The notes: generated from the letters alone by a model not told the origin. A DNA stretch of 63,707 nt, filler included, from 9 parts of 9 records of this genome joined end to end with filler, not necessarily neighbours in it, one strand, 5' to 3'; positions 19,083 through 31,123 are shown, counted from the first letter of the whole stretch. Made by a program: numbers and translations.

Positions 19083-21957
19083 ATGAAAAGAAGAGAAAAA
19101 ACTTCAGACAAAAAAAGAAGCATCTGCCCACATCATCTTTTTTTCCGTGCTCTTTATATTGATGCTCCTTCTGCCTGCGGTACTGAGCATGCTTGGTGTC
19201 GCTTCAACGGCTGGAAAGACCAAGCCGGCCACTAAAGCACCGGGCATTGAATTCAATGCTCTGCTGGCACCGGGGTACTACCAGGCGTGGGGCAGCTATG
19301 TGGACGGTCGTTTGGGAATGAGCCGAATCCTCGTTAAGGCCAAACGATGGATGGACTATCGCGTTTTCAACATGACCGATGTCCCTGACGTTTATGTGGG
19401 GCGTGATGGGTGGATTTTTCCCCGGGCTGCCGTTGAGCAAAGCCGTGTCGGTGCTTGCGATCAAATTGAAGCGGTTCGCAGCTTGGTTTTTGATCTAACG
19501 GTGCTCTCCCACCTGGCCAAGTTGTCAGGCCGACGTCTAATTGTAGCGATCGCTCCGGACAAAACGAAAATCTACCCGGAGCAAGCCGGCTCCTTCCCCA
19601 AAGCCACTGAATGCCATAAAACCCTCTATGATATATTTGTAGATGAGTGTGCATCAGCAAAGGCTGATTGGCACGTTCGCCTGGATCATCTTCTCATCAA
19701 TGCCAAAAAGCCGGGCCAATTGCTTTATGAAAAGACCGGTGCCGTATGGAATCATCACGGGGCGGATATTGCAGCCAAAGCCCTGCTGGACAAAGTTTTC
19801 GATGGCTCAGGATCGATCCCGAACAAACATCACGATCTGACCACACAACTACTGGAGACAACAACCCGAACCCCGGTGTCGACCACTGCAGCACCGCGCC
19901 AACTCTCTTCCGCACTCCTGTATGGGGGCCTGGCAATGGCCGAATTGATGCCGATGCTCTCACGGCCTTTCAACCGCATGGATGCCATCTATTCAGACAC
20001 CATTCCCTCTTCCAACCATATGGAGGATCTGTCCGCCTACGACGTGGCGATGGTCGTTCTGGATGTATCGCAACTGAAAACGTTTAAGCTTGACCTTGAC
20101 CGTATATGCCGAATGATAGACATCGAATCATTGGCTGAGCAGGAGAATTCAATCCCACTAAAAACCATATCCGGTCAAACCGGCCTCTCTCTCAAGATGG
20201 AGAACAACAAACTGGAGGTTAAATCCCTTGGCGATGGGGCCTCATTCGTATTGCCGTTTTTGCCGGGATCGGAACCCCATGCATTGAGAGTGCTCAGGTT
20301 GGACATCGAAGCACCGAACGGCGACACGCTTCTGTGGCGGATTGACGGCCCTTCCGAAGCTGTTGGTGAGAAGGCCATACACAAAGGAGAAAACCGCCTC
20401 TATTTTATTCTGCCGGTGCAGCCATCGGTGCGCCTTAATATCTATCCCGGCCAACATGCCGGCCTTTACCGCCTCTCCAACACCAATCTGCATGAATATA
20501 TCAACGGTCTCTCTCTGGTCGCCATGCCGGTAACGAAAAGGGGCAAGGCGCCCCAGCAGGGTGTAACGGGCAAGAGGGATGTGGTCACAACAATTGATGA
20601 CGCAGCCGCCCTGACATCTTTCCCGATGCCGGACAGTGGTGCCGTGCCATTGATCCGGCTTCATGATTTGGAGGAAATGCGCGTTTATCAACGCAATGGA
20701 TCGACAGCGGACATTGTTGTCTCCGGCACCTTTCAGGGCCGGCCTCAGGCCATTGAGGCCCGTGTTTCGAACCATGCCACCAGGGAGTGGATAACCCCAT
20801 GGACGGTCATTGACAGTGCTCCCGCTGATGGCGTCTTCATGGGCATTCTGCCCGAAGTACCCCAGGGCGGCTGGTATCGCCTCTCAGTAAGGTTCTCAAA
20901 TGAAACCAATATCATAGATGCGGGAAAAGCCAAATGGGGAATCGGTTTGCTGGTGGCCTGTATCGGTCAATCCAATATGAAGGCGTGGTTCCACAGTGGC
21001 GCTGACCTGCCCCCCCACCCCTTGCTCTCCGTTCATCGCGAAGGCCACTGGATGTTTATGGGTGAAAAGGGAAATGGCGCGATCGCATTCGGCAACCGTC
21101 TGGTTGGAAAACTCGGTATCCCGGTCGGTTTGCTGGATTATGCGGTCAATGGATCGGGATTGCGCAAGGAGGCCGACTGGGGGGTAGGCTACTGGATCGA
21201 CCGATCGGACGATGCCATCTACGACCGATTCATTCAAGCGGTGACCCAGACAGGTGGAGCGCTTGAATACGTTGTGTGGATGCAGGGCGAAGCCGATGCT
21301 GCAAGGGCTACGATTTCCGGCAACCAGTATCGCGGCGCTTTGAATCGATTCATTGAACAGCAGATCCGGCAGGACATCGTCAATGGCTCCCTTCGGTCGC
21401 ATCTGCCGTTTTTAATAGTAGGGATGGTCAAGCGTCCGGTGGGCAAGGACTCGCCCCACCAGGCGATCCGGATGGCACAGCAGAAAGTAACCGAGGAGTT
21501 GCAGGAATGCTATCTGGCAGCAACAAGCTTGGATTTGGAAAATATGGGGCGGCAACATCTTGCACCCGCCGCCTATATCACGCTGGGACTGAGGGTGGCC
21601 CAAACGGTACTCTACCTGCTTGATGAGGAGAGCTACTATCGGGGTCCATCCGTTTTTAGTTCAACCATCGTCAATGATAAAACCATAGATGTCCATCTTT
21701 CCCACAGGGGAGGTTTCGATTTCACACCCCACGAAACGATCAGCGGATGGGAGGTTGTCAGTGAAGGATCGAAACTGTCTATCACTGACGTCATACGCAA
21801 GGACAGCGATACGGTTAGAATTCTGATGGCTGGGAAGCTGGATGGCCCGGTGACGATACGCTATCTATTTGGAGCGATGCCTGATGCGGATCGATCCATA
21901 CACGACAACTCCCCCATGGAACTGCCCCTTGAACCGGTCGAAATATCGATAGAATAA
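19083..21957 (+). CDS. AlgX/AlgJ-like N-terminal domain fused to a SASA/sialate O-acetylesterase (SGNH) domain
   Basis: VYVGRDGWIF and IAPDKTKIYPE (AlgX/J); CIGQSNM and VWMQGEADA (SASA). True start is probably ATG 19083 with a poly-T frameshift near 19140. Confidence 0.78.
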
Positions 21958-22052
21958 CACCCTCGTCAATAGGAAACGGGAGGATAATGTCGGTTGTGAC
22001 GTGGGGTCGGTCTGAAATTCGGTGCGGCCCTCTTTCCGTAAGACAAGAACAA

Positions 22053-23146
22053 CTACACCCGCAGACACCCTGAGCGTAGCGATTCCGAAGGTGGAAGCTT
22101 GAAAGCAACCTTTTGCCGCCTCTGACGCTCACCTGTGGTGCAGACAACCTCCCAGAAGTCGATCCAGCCTTTGCCGCAACATTCGGAACAGAGAGCGATA
22201 TCGCTCTCCACCGGCTTGTGGCCGGTAGAGACGGTTTTGATCAGTACATACCCCTTCCCCTGGCACTGCCGGCACGAAAACATTTGGGCTGTACGCCGAC
22301 ATGCCAGCCGGCTCGGGTAATCTTTTCAAATACACTCTGGACCATCTCATCGGAGATAAAAAGGAAATCCAAACGTGCCATATACTGTAGCGTAGCGAGG
22401 CCAATATACTCATTCGGCAGACGCAAAAACGCCTCCAACTTGAACGGCAGATGCGCCTGTTGGTGCAGAAAGGCCAGCAAGGCACTACTGTGACCTCTGT
22501 CTGCCAGTTCATCAAGATGTTGCAACAGGGCGCTAAAGGCCTGCCTGCGCAATGGTTCAAGGTTAGATCTGGACGGCTTGAACAGGGCAACGTCAGCCAT
22601 CAAGTCGGGATCATTCAATTGCCGGGCCACCTTCCAACGCAACGAAAGATCCGCCGTTGTCAGGGCAATCTGTTTTAACACCTTATCATTTCGGAGTTTC
22701 TCGGCGGCGGCAAGCCTTACCGCATCTTGTCTCGCAGAAGCGGAAATCCGTCTCAGCAAGAGCGTGTTCTCCACACGCGTGACAACATTTTGCCCCTGCT
22801 CAATATCCCATGCATTTAAAGCGACGGCTGTCAGAAAAGCCTCACTTTCGATTAACATGGATGCCCGATGGCGTATATGTTGTTGATTCGCTTCCAGGGC
22901 GATCTTTTTCAAGACACCCCAGTCTCTCATTTTACTTGCTTTCCGCAGACGGCGATATTCATCTCTTGTGCACCACGCCTTCAGGCGTAACGCCTCGGCC
23001 AGCCATGCTTCCAATTTTACGATGATGGTGCCGAAGATGTGTCGGCACCTCGTCATCCTCTTATCCGACGTCTTGAATGTAGACAGATGGTTGGTCACTG
23101 CAACCTCGCTAAATAGATGCATCAATCGCCGGTGCCCTTTTCCCAC
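22053..23146 (-). CDS. Hypothetical helical-repeat protein with C-terminal CxxCxGxG zinc finger; frameshift near 22280
   Basis: ORF 22241-23146 has VRLAAAEKL-type repeats and continues into ORF 22053-22283 (CRQCQGKG…CSECCGKG). Confidence 0.6.
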
Positions 23147-23426
23147 AGGTCATCCGACCGCCCTTGCCCGGCTTTTGGTTATTGCGGCTGATAGTTGCCG
23201 GCTTTTGGATTATACTCACTTTAATGAGCGTTTGCTTAATAATCCTATGCTGTTGTATAGTGCCGGAAAGTGCCGCATCGCCGGCAACTGGGTATGTTCG
23301 CGTTTTGTACCGCTGGATGGAAGCAATTAATCGTTTTGCTTTACACCATACACTGTCGCGACTCAAGCTCAAAGAGCCGGTCTTTAAACCGGCACTTCAA
23401 CCGCAACAAAAGGCACGTAATCCGCC

Positions 23427-24391
23427 ATGCCCGACAAAACACCAACCACCCCTTCTGATAATAGAGGTGACAAGAGCGGTATAAGTCCACCCGACCGAGA
23501 ACAGCCCTGCGCTCACTCCCATTGCGTAGCCTGCTCGATCGACGCCTATATTCAACTATGCGGCAGCATCAACGACTTTAAACAACAGGATCAATTGATA
23601 CAAACAATTGCGAGTTTTATTCCAAAAGTGATCACGGCAGACGGTGGCGCTGTACTCCTGTGGGACCGGAAGGAAAATGCCCTGGTGGCAAAGGCCGTCG
23701 GCTTCACAATGCAGCTCACGCCGCCCAGTTTGAAACTGAACGCCACCCTGATGGAGAAGGTATCGGTGGCCGTGTGCTCGAAACCGGAACTGCGCTGATC
23801 GTCAACGACTACAATAACAGTCCATATAGATATCGATCAGCCGGAAGCTCGAGCCTGGATTGGATCTGTAACCGTATGGATGTTCCCCTGAAAATTCATG
23901 GCCGCAATGTCGGGGTTTTAAGTGCCATCAATAAGAACAGTGGGGATTTTCATCAACCGGATGTGGAACTGCTCTCCTCGGTTTCAGGTATAACCGCCCT
24001 TGCCTTGGAGAATATCCGCATCCGCGAATCACTGGCCGGCTACTATCGCCAGATGAAGGATTTCAACCGCGCCAAAGACAGTGTGATCCACCAACTCTCC
24101 CATGCACTGAAAACCCCTCTGGCCGTAGTGATGGCCTCGCTAAAACTGTTGCGGAAGTATTTAAACCTGTCGCCGGACAAAGCCTGGATTGACATATACG
24201 ATCGCATCCAGCGAAACCTGGCAAGGCTATTGACCATCGAGTACGAGATGGAAGATATCCTGCGTCAGCGACAGGAGAACAGCAGTATGGCAGCCTCTCT
24301 GACAATGCCGCCTGACAGCTCGTCAACAGTAGAATCTGAAGAGGTTGGGGACCACTCGGACGAACCGGATCAGAACGGTGGAAAGTTATGA
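23427..24391 (+). CDS. GAF domain protein with HisKA-like helix and no ATPase domain; frameshift near 23700
   Basis: GIGGRVLETG…VPLKIHGRNVGVLSAINK…FHQPDVELL (GAF); QLSHALKTPL H-box-like motif. Confidence 0.75.
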
Positions 24392-24519
24392 ATAAGGCCA
24401 ATCCCCCAAAAGAGCCCCCNNNNNNNNNNNNNNNNNNNNNNNNNNNNNNNNNNNNNNNNNNNNTTAATTAATTAANNNNNNNNNNNNNNNNNNNNNNNNN
24501 NNNNNNNNNNNNNNNNNNN

Positions 24520-25385
24520 ACAAACAAATCTAAATCGCCATCATTGTCATAGTCGGCAATACTACTACCAAAAGAATTAGAGTTTTCATTAACAACATTG
24601 CTTTTAGTTATTTTAGTAAATGTGCTGTATCTCTTGTTTAAATACAAGAAATTGTTCCCGCTTATGTTAGCGACAAACAAATCTAAGTCACCATCATTAT
24701 CAATATCGCCCCAACTACTACAATAAGAACTGCCAACATCGTTTATTATATCTCCATGGGTTACTTTCGTAAAGTTACCATCATTGTTGTTAGCATACAA
24801 GAAATTATTCGAACTAACGAGTCCACCTAATCCTTGATTAGTGACAAAGATATCTAAATCACCATCATTGTCATAATCACTCCAATTGCATGTTTTAGAG
24901 TTCCCACGATCTTCGAAAATATCACCAACAATCATTTTTGTAAAGCTGGCATTTCCATTGTTAGAATAAAGAACGTTGTTTTGTTCTATGTATAGAGTAA
25001 AAGGAGCGCCATTTGCAACAAATAAGTCTAAATCACCATCGTTATCATAATCCGCCCAAGAACTACTATTCGAAGATAAAGAATCACTGACTATATTACC
25101 GGTAACAATTTTACGAAATGTACCATCTCCATTATTAGCAAATAATAAATTCGGTTTCCAAATATTAGTAACAAAAAGATCTAAATCTCCGTCATTATCA
25201 TAGTCACCCCAGCTGCAACCAATCGATGGGCTTTGATCGTTAACAATTTCATCTGAAATAATTTTAGTAAAGTTCTGACCGTAAATGTTTACTGTCAATA
25301 AAAAAAGAATATGATGGATCATTACCGTCAGTTTTGAATAGTAAGAATATTTGAATAACATATTATTTAATTTCGTACAATTCAT
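24520..25385 (-). CDS. FG-GAP/VCBS repeat (CRTAC1/ASPIC-UnbV-like) secreted protein, 3'-truncated
   Basis: Five repeats of the DYDNDGDLDLFV type. Confidence 0.9.
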
Positions 25386-25687
25386 AATAGAAAGGTTTTA
25401 TATTTTCTTTATAACTGGATAATGAGATCAAGCAGGATGAACTAACGTATTATTTTCATATGAGGTTAACTAAATATAAAAAAATATATATTTGTTTATT
25501 TGATGAATCTGAAGTTTTGAATATTTGTTTTTTTAAAGTTGCATAACTACTTTGACTACAACTTGTTATCTTACAAAGAAGACAAGCATGTTTATACAGT
25601 AATATCGTGTGATCCTATCAAATATCTTTTCATCGATTGACGCCAATTGCCAACTGCCGGTCCGCATTTTGTGGGATTAAATTTTCC

Positions 25688-27778
25688 TTATCTAATCAAA
25701 TGGAGCTTTTTAGTATCAGCAAATGTATCAGTTTGTAATTGATATAAATAAACTCCGCTTGCGATACCTTCAGCATTCCATTCAAATGTATAACTGCCTG
25801 CAATGAGAAATTTATTTATTATTGTTTCAACTTCTTCTCCTAACAAATTATAAACTTTCAAAGTAACAAATCCAGACCGCTGCAAAGAAAATTGAATGGC
25901 TGTTGTCGGATTAAAAGGATTTGGATAATTTTGTTCAAGAGAGAACGTTAATAACTGTTCGTTTAAAATATCCTCAACAGGAGTCGTTTTTAGAACACTT
26001 TTAAATACGCCTCCACCAACAGTACCCGCAAAAATGAAATCATTCGAATCAACATGTAATGACCAAACCACTTGATGGGTTAAGCCGCTATTAATAGGCA
26101 TCCAAGTTTCACCATTATTCATTGAACGGAAAACCCCTGCTCCAGAACATGCAAATACCTGGCCAGCTGAATTAACAGCGAGTGAAAGAATATCGTAACT
26201 AGTTGAACTTGTAAAGAATTGTTCCCAATTATCTCCGTTATCTGTTGAACGGTAAACAATACCATTTTCAGAGCCAGCAAAAATATCATCGTTTGAATTA
26301 ATTGTGAGGGCTCCAGTATATAAGTTTATTCGTCCATTATTTACAGCAGTCCAACTATCTCCGTTGTCTGTTGAGCGAAAAACACCATAATTATCAGTGC
26401 CAGCAAAAATATGGTTTTGAGAATTAATGGTAAGAGACAAAACTTTATAATTCTCTTTTAAAGTTTGCGACCAACTGTTTCCGTTATCTATGGAACGGTA
26501 AATTCCATTACTAGAAGTTCCAGCAAAAATATGCCCGGCATTATTTATAGCAACAGACCATATCCATTTATTTTCCAGGCTGCCTTGATTCCATGTTTGC
26601 CCATTGTCTTTTGAGTGAAAAATTCCACTGTTCGTTCCAGTAAAAATGTGGCCAGAAGAATTAATGGCAATTGCTAAAACAAAAAAGTTTTCTAATCCTG
26701 TTCGAAGCCAATTTTCACCCTTGTCTTGTGAACTGTAAATACCGTATGATCCTCCTGCAAATAAATCTCCATTTTTCACATTGTTAATTGACAGAACGTA
26801 TTTAACGAATGTGCCAGGTTGGCTCCAATTTCCTCCGGTATCCTTCGAGATAAAAACACCGTTATTTTTTGTGCCTGCATAGACATCTCCATTAGAATTG
26901 ATCGCTAAAGCCTGTACATCCAGGTCGGTCAATCCTTTTTTCACTATAGTCCAATTTTCGCCATTATTGGTAGAACGAAAAATTCCTTTTTTTAACGTCC
27001 CTGCAAATATATGATTATTTAAATTAATGGAGAGAGTTTGAACTTCTTTTGTTGTCAGCCCGCTATTAATCTCAATCCAGCTTTCTCCATTATCATCCGA
27101 ACGAAAGATACCAAGCCCGGTTCCTGCAAAAATTTGGTTATTCGAATTAATAGCAATATCCATTACTGCGGTATTAGAAAGTCCGACATGATTCCAGTTA
27201 TCACCATTGTCCATTGAACGGAAAACGCCACCTGCTATCCCTACAAAAATATGTCCTTCAGAATTGATCGAAATAGCATTAATTACAGCATTTGTTAAAC
27301 CGATAAGAGTCCAATTTTCACCGTTATCTACTGAACGGAAAATTCCGTCCGATAAACTTCCTGCAAAAATATGCCCATTTTTATTGATAGCAAGAATTAA
27401 TCTTAATGTAATCTCCAATCTTATTTGTAAGTTAGTCCAATTTTCACCGTTATCAAATGAACGATACACCCCATCATACATAGTTCCAGCGAAAATATGT
27501 CCATTAAGATTTATGGCAAAAGAAGTTACCCATGCCCATGGATTATTGGTTATCGACGGCATATCTAGCTGAGTCCAATTGTTGCCGCGATCAAATGAAC
27601 GAAAAACACCTTTATTTACAGTACCCGCAAATACATGCCCACTATCATTAATTGCAAGAGACTCAACATTTCCTGTATAAGGGCCTTTCGTCTGATACCA
27701 ATAATTATCTTGTGAGAATGCTATTGTAAAACAAAATATGTACAATGCAATGCTTAAGATAAACTTATAATATTTCAT
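25688..27778 (-). CDS. Secreted beta-propeller (Asp-box/BNR repeat) protein with T9SS type-A C-terminal domain
   Basis: About 14 repeats of LAINSxGHIFAGT…GVFRSxDNGxNW; C-terminal QNYPNPFNPTT…SGVYLYQL…KKL. Confidence 0.9.
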   Translation of the reverse strand: MKYYKFILSIALYIFCFTIAFSQDNYWYQTKGPYTGNVESLAINDSGHVFAGTVNKGVFRSFDRGNNWTQLDMPSITNNPWAWVTSFAINLNGHIFAGTMYDGVYRSFDNGENWTNLQIRLEITLRLILAINKNGHIFAGSLSDGIFRSVDNGENWTLIGLTNAVINAISINSEGHIFVGIAGGVFRSMDNGDNWNHVGLSNTAVMDIAINSNNQIFAGTGLGIFRSDDNGESWIEINSGLTTKEVQTLSINLNNHIFAGTLKKGIFRSTNNGENWTIVKKGLTDLDVQALAINSNGDVYAGTKNNGVFISKDTGGNWSQPGTFVKYVLSINNVKNGDLFAGGSYGIYSSQDKGENWLRTGLENFFVLAIAINSSGHIFTGTNSGIFHSKDNGQTWNQGSLENKWIWSVAINNAGHIFAGTSSNGIYRSIDNGNSWSQTLKENYKVLSLTINSQNHIFAGTDNYGVFRSTDNGDSWTAVNNGRINLYTGALTINSNDDIFAGSENGIVYRSTDNGDNWEQFFTSSTSYDILSLAVNSAGQVFACSGAGVFRSMNNGETWMPINSGLTHQVVWSLHVDSNDFIFAGTVGGGVFKSVLKTTPVEDILNEQLLTFSLEQNYPNPFNPTTAIQFSLQRSGFVTLKVYNLLGEEVETIINKFLIAGSYTFEWNAEGIASGVYLYQLQTDTFADTKKLHLIR

Positions 27779-27813
27779 GATTTCTTTTCCCTAATTCTTT
27801 AATTAAACAAATG

Positions 27814-29247
27814 TTAGGGTAAAGGAGGTGGAGCTGGTAAATCTTTTTCTTTTTCCTTCGAAAGGTAATATGTAATAATTGCAACGGTTCCTGCCGTGGT
27901 ACCGGAAATTAACCAGAGTTGATTTCTTTTCCAAAATGAAGGATAATAATAAAAACGCCATTTCTCTTTAAAATCAATTTCAAAAGTCTTCAATTCCAGG
28001 TAACTTAATATTGCGGAACTATTGATGGAAATATCTTCCGATGTTTGTTGCATTAAATTAATTGTATGCAAATTCATTCCAAGAACTTCACCTTTTTTAT
28101 TAAATATAGGGCCACCGCTATCCCCGCTAATGAGGGATAAATCAGTTTCAATTTTTGTGTTTGTAACATTTTTAATAGAGCCGAATTTCAATTGCCAGTC
28201 AACATTTTTTTTATCGTACCCAATTGTCGCAATTTTATCTTTACTATCTAATTTTTGAATATTTTCAAGAAAATTATTTCGAATGAAAGTAACTGGTTTT
28301 ATTTCAGGGCAACTATCGACTTTTACAATCGCCAGATCTTGATCGATATCTATAGTACTTTCAATAACTTCACCATGGATTTCACCTTCAATATAATCAG
28401 GGAAGAAGTGAATGCTGAATTGCCATTTTTCATCTTCGATTATGTGATTTGCAGTTAGAATGTAACCTGACTGGTCTTTATCTCTTCCCAAAAATATACC
28501 AGCGCCACTGTTCTCTGTTAAAAGAAGAGCGACACTTTCGTTTACAAAATTCTGAATAAACTGATTGGGATAGACTTCGTCCCAGAGTGGATATAAATCT
28601 AGATCCTTTAGCTCGGTTGTTGCGTAATTTAATATTGTGGATATGGATGGTAAATTATTTGACTTTTCACCAGCATCCACTAAATAGGCTACCATTCGAC
28701 CTTGTTTATCAAATAAGGGGGAGCTTGAATTGATGTTCGTAAAACTTTCTGATACCTGGATATATTTATCAGCCCGATTTGCTTTTAACAGTTTAAATTG
28801 TACCAATCCAGTCTGATCTAAATTACTATCCAGCCCCCAGATAATACTGTCTGCAGGAAGACTATCTTGAGGTATTCGTGTTATCGGGATTAATTGCTTT
28901 GGAGGTGATTTTATTTTATAGATTGAGCAGTTGATATCATCGTTTTTGTGAAATACTTCGGCATCATGTATCTTTATTTTATTATTGATTAAAGCAATAC
29001 CTATCTTTTTTTCATACCCTATTGACAGGTTATTGGATGCAAGTACATACATATATTTACCATCTCTCGAACGTGCCAGATACATTCCATAGGCTTTATT
29101 TGCGCCAGCATCCAACAACATGATGTTGGCTTTAATTCTTTCAACAAGGTCAATTTCATTATTAAGAGAATCTATTTGAGAAAATACAAAAGTAATATGA
29201 ATAAAAATTGTACAGATCGAAATCCAATATGATTTGAAAAATTTCAT
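27814..29247 (-). CDS. Trypsin-like serine protease with tandem domains (N-terminal copy degenerate) and C-terminal TM anchor
   Basis: ILTANH, DLAIVKV and GDSGGP triad in domain 2; signal peptide; TM followed by LPAPPPLP tail. Confidence 0.85.
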   Translation of the reverse strand: MKFFKSYWISICTIFIHITFVFSQIDSLNNEIDLVERIKANIMLLDAGANKAYGMYLARSRDGKYMYVLASNNLSIGYEKKIGIALINNKIKIHDAEVFHKNDDINCSIYKIKSPPKQLIPITRIPQDSLPADSIIWGLDSNLDQTGLVQFKLLKANRADKYIQVSESFTNINSSSPLFDKQGRMVAYLVDAGEKSNNLPSISTILNYATTELKDLDLYPLWDEVYPNQFIQNFVNESVALLLTENSGAGIFLGRDKDQSGYILTANHIIEDEKWQFSIHFFPDYIEGEIHGEVIESTIDIDQDLAIVKVDSCPEIKPVTFIRNNFLENIQKLDSKDKIATIGYDKKNVDWQLKFGSIKNVTNTKIETDLSLISGDSGGPIFNKKGEVLGMNLHTINLMQQTSEDISINSSAILSYLELKTFEIDFKEKWRFYYYPSFWKRNQLWLISGTTAGTVAIITYYLSKEKEKDLPAPPPLP

Positions 29248-29250
29248 TGT

Positions 29251-30369
29251 TTACTTACCTCTGGCCATTTTAATAAAATCAGCGACCGTTTTTGCTGCTT
29301 TCTCTCCAAAAGCGATTCTGATAATGAGAAAAATATAAATAGCTAAAAAACCCGGGAGGGTAATCGATGAATAAGGTAGCCATTTATCAGCGTAGTAATT
29401 TAAAAGCGAAGGCAACATATCTTGCTGATCTCCTAACTTCCTAATCTTAAATTTATTAAACCGACCACTAATTTCAGATCTTAGCATAGCGTTCACAATT
29501 TCTATATTATTGATTTTTAATTCATTGGCTTTAAACTCAAGTTCACTTCCTTCGGAAATGTGTTTTTTATTTGTATCGATATTAAATAGATATTCCAAAC
29601 TACCTCCTTTAAGTGTCGACACGGGCTCTTTTTCTCTCAGATCGAATCCTAATACTCCAAAATTTTGAATGTTTATCTTTCTAAATATTTTTTTATTTAT
29701 AATGTTCTTATTTTTGACCTCTAAACGTAAATGTTTATCTATATTTGCAAGTGTGATGTTTAAATTTTGCGCTCCGCCATAAGGTTGTTTAATTGCGGTT
29801 AATCCAATATTTTTGGCTGATAAATTAAAATTATGTTCATCATACTTTAGCTCAAATATTTCGGGAATACTTAATTCAGTATATACCTTACTAGCAAAAA
29901 GTGAATCAGAATCAAGAATAAATTGAAAAGAGGTTGCTGAATCACTTGTTGATAATTTTAAAGTACCTGAGCCATCATAAATAAGAGAAACAACATCGAT
30001 ACTGTCTTTTGGGCACGAAATAGTAATCTCACTTCTATCACTGCCGATTGGTTCGAGAAAAAGTGTTTGCAAACTATCCAAATTTTTTGTTTTTATTACA
30101 AAATCGAATGTGTCTGCTCCTTGAACTTTCAGTGATGGTGTGCTTATTCGATCTTGAAGTAATTCAGTTTCATATGCAGGCCTGTCAAGTGAGTTGTTTG
30201 TACTTTTAAAATGAATGTCAATTTGGCTGGAATAAAGTGTTAATAGCAGTGGCTGCTCTTTTTTCTTGATTGCTACAAATAAAAAAAGTAGTACCAATAC
30301 TGAACTGAAAATAATTCTCAATATTAAAGCTATGTGATATTTTTTTATAATTGTATTTAGATTATTCAT
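29251..30369 (-). CDS. Hypothetical membrane protein with N- and C-terminal TM helices
   Basis: 372-aa ORF tightly coupled to neighbours (8-nt overlap upstream, 3-nt gap downstream). Confidence 0.75.
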   Translation of the reverse strand: MNNLNTIIKKYHIALILRIIFSSVLVLLFLFVAIKKKEQPLLLTLYSSQIDIHFKSTNNSLDRPAYETELLQDRISTPSLKVQGADTFDFVIKTKNLDSLQTLFLEPIGSDRSEITISCPKDSIDVVSLIYDGSGTLKLSTSDSATSFQFILDSDSLFASKVYTELSIPEIFELKYDEHNFNLSAKNIGLTAIKQPYGGAQNLNITLANIDKHLRLEVKNKNIINKKIFRKINIQNFGVLGFDLREKEPVSTLKGGSLEYLFNIDTNKKHISEGSELEFKANELKINNIEIVNAMLRSEISGRFNKFKIRKLGDQQDMLPSLLNYYADKWLPYSSITLPGFLAIYIFLIIRIAFGEKAAKTVADFIKMARGK

Positions 30370-31123
30370 TATAGATATAAAATGAAATTGGTTTTCTATT
30401 TGTATTTGAATCTATTTTTTCAATAACAATTAGCTCATATGTTCGACTATTTCCCAACAGCTCAATATCGACATCCCAGTAAATTGTTTTTAATTCACCA
30501 GATTTAATTTCAATGTTTTTCCACTGTTTTATTGGAATACTACTTTCAGATGTTTTTAAATCAACATCACACTTTATATCTTTATCTGGAACAAACGATA
30601 TTTCTGCTATCAAATCAGTTTTAATGGAGTCGGGTTGTTGAAAATAGAGAGGGAAAAATGTTCGTTTATTCTTTAATCTTCCATGAACCTTGCCTAAAAG
30701 TACATTCGATGGTAAATTAATTGTATTTAAAATTGTTGCTGGCCAAATAAAAATATGATGTCCCTTTTTTGTTGACTTTTTAAATTTGGGTTCCATAAAA
30801 TATCGTGTTTTCGGATCAAATACTGATAAATTGAGTCGATTAACATTTGGAGTTCGATAAAACACTGATATTGAGTCAACTCTTTTATGAGATGCTATCC
30901 TACGCCATTCTTTTCCATAATAAACAAGTGATGCTAACTCTAATGAACTCGATTTTTCATTTTTAGACTTAAATTTAACACCTTCATATCGATTGTTGTC
31001 ACGAAATTTATACACTACTTTATGTTTTGGGATATCTTCATCTATTTGAGCAAGTGCAAAAGTTATATTCAATATTTGAATTGTTATAATTAATACCAGT
31101 ATAGGTGACAATCTTATTTTCAT
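30362..31123 (-). CDS. Hypothetical secreted protein (253 aa)
   Basis: GAGGTG RBS and signal peptide; first gene of the operon. Confidence 0.75.
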   Translation of the reverse strand: MKIRLSPILVLIITIQILNITFALAQIDEDIPKHKVVYKFRDNNRYEGVKFKSKNEKSSSLELASLVYYGKEWRRIASHKRVDSISVFYRTPNVNRLNLSVFDPKTRYFMEPKFKKSTKKGHHIFIWPATILNTINLPSNVLLGKVHGRLKNKRTFFPLYFQQPDSIKTDLIAEISFVPDKDIKCDVDLKTSESSIPIKQWKNIEIKSGELKTIYWDVDIELLGNSRTYELIVIEKIDSNTNRKPISFYIYNE

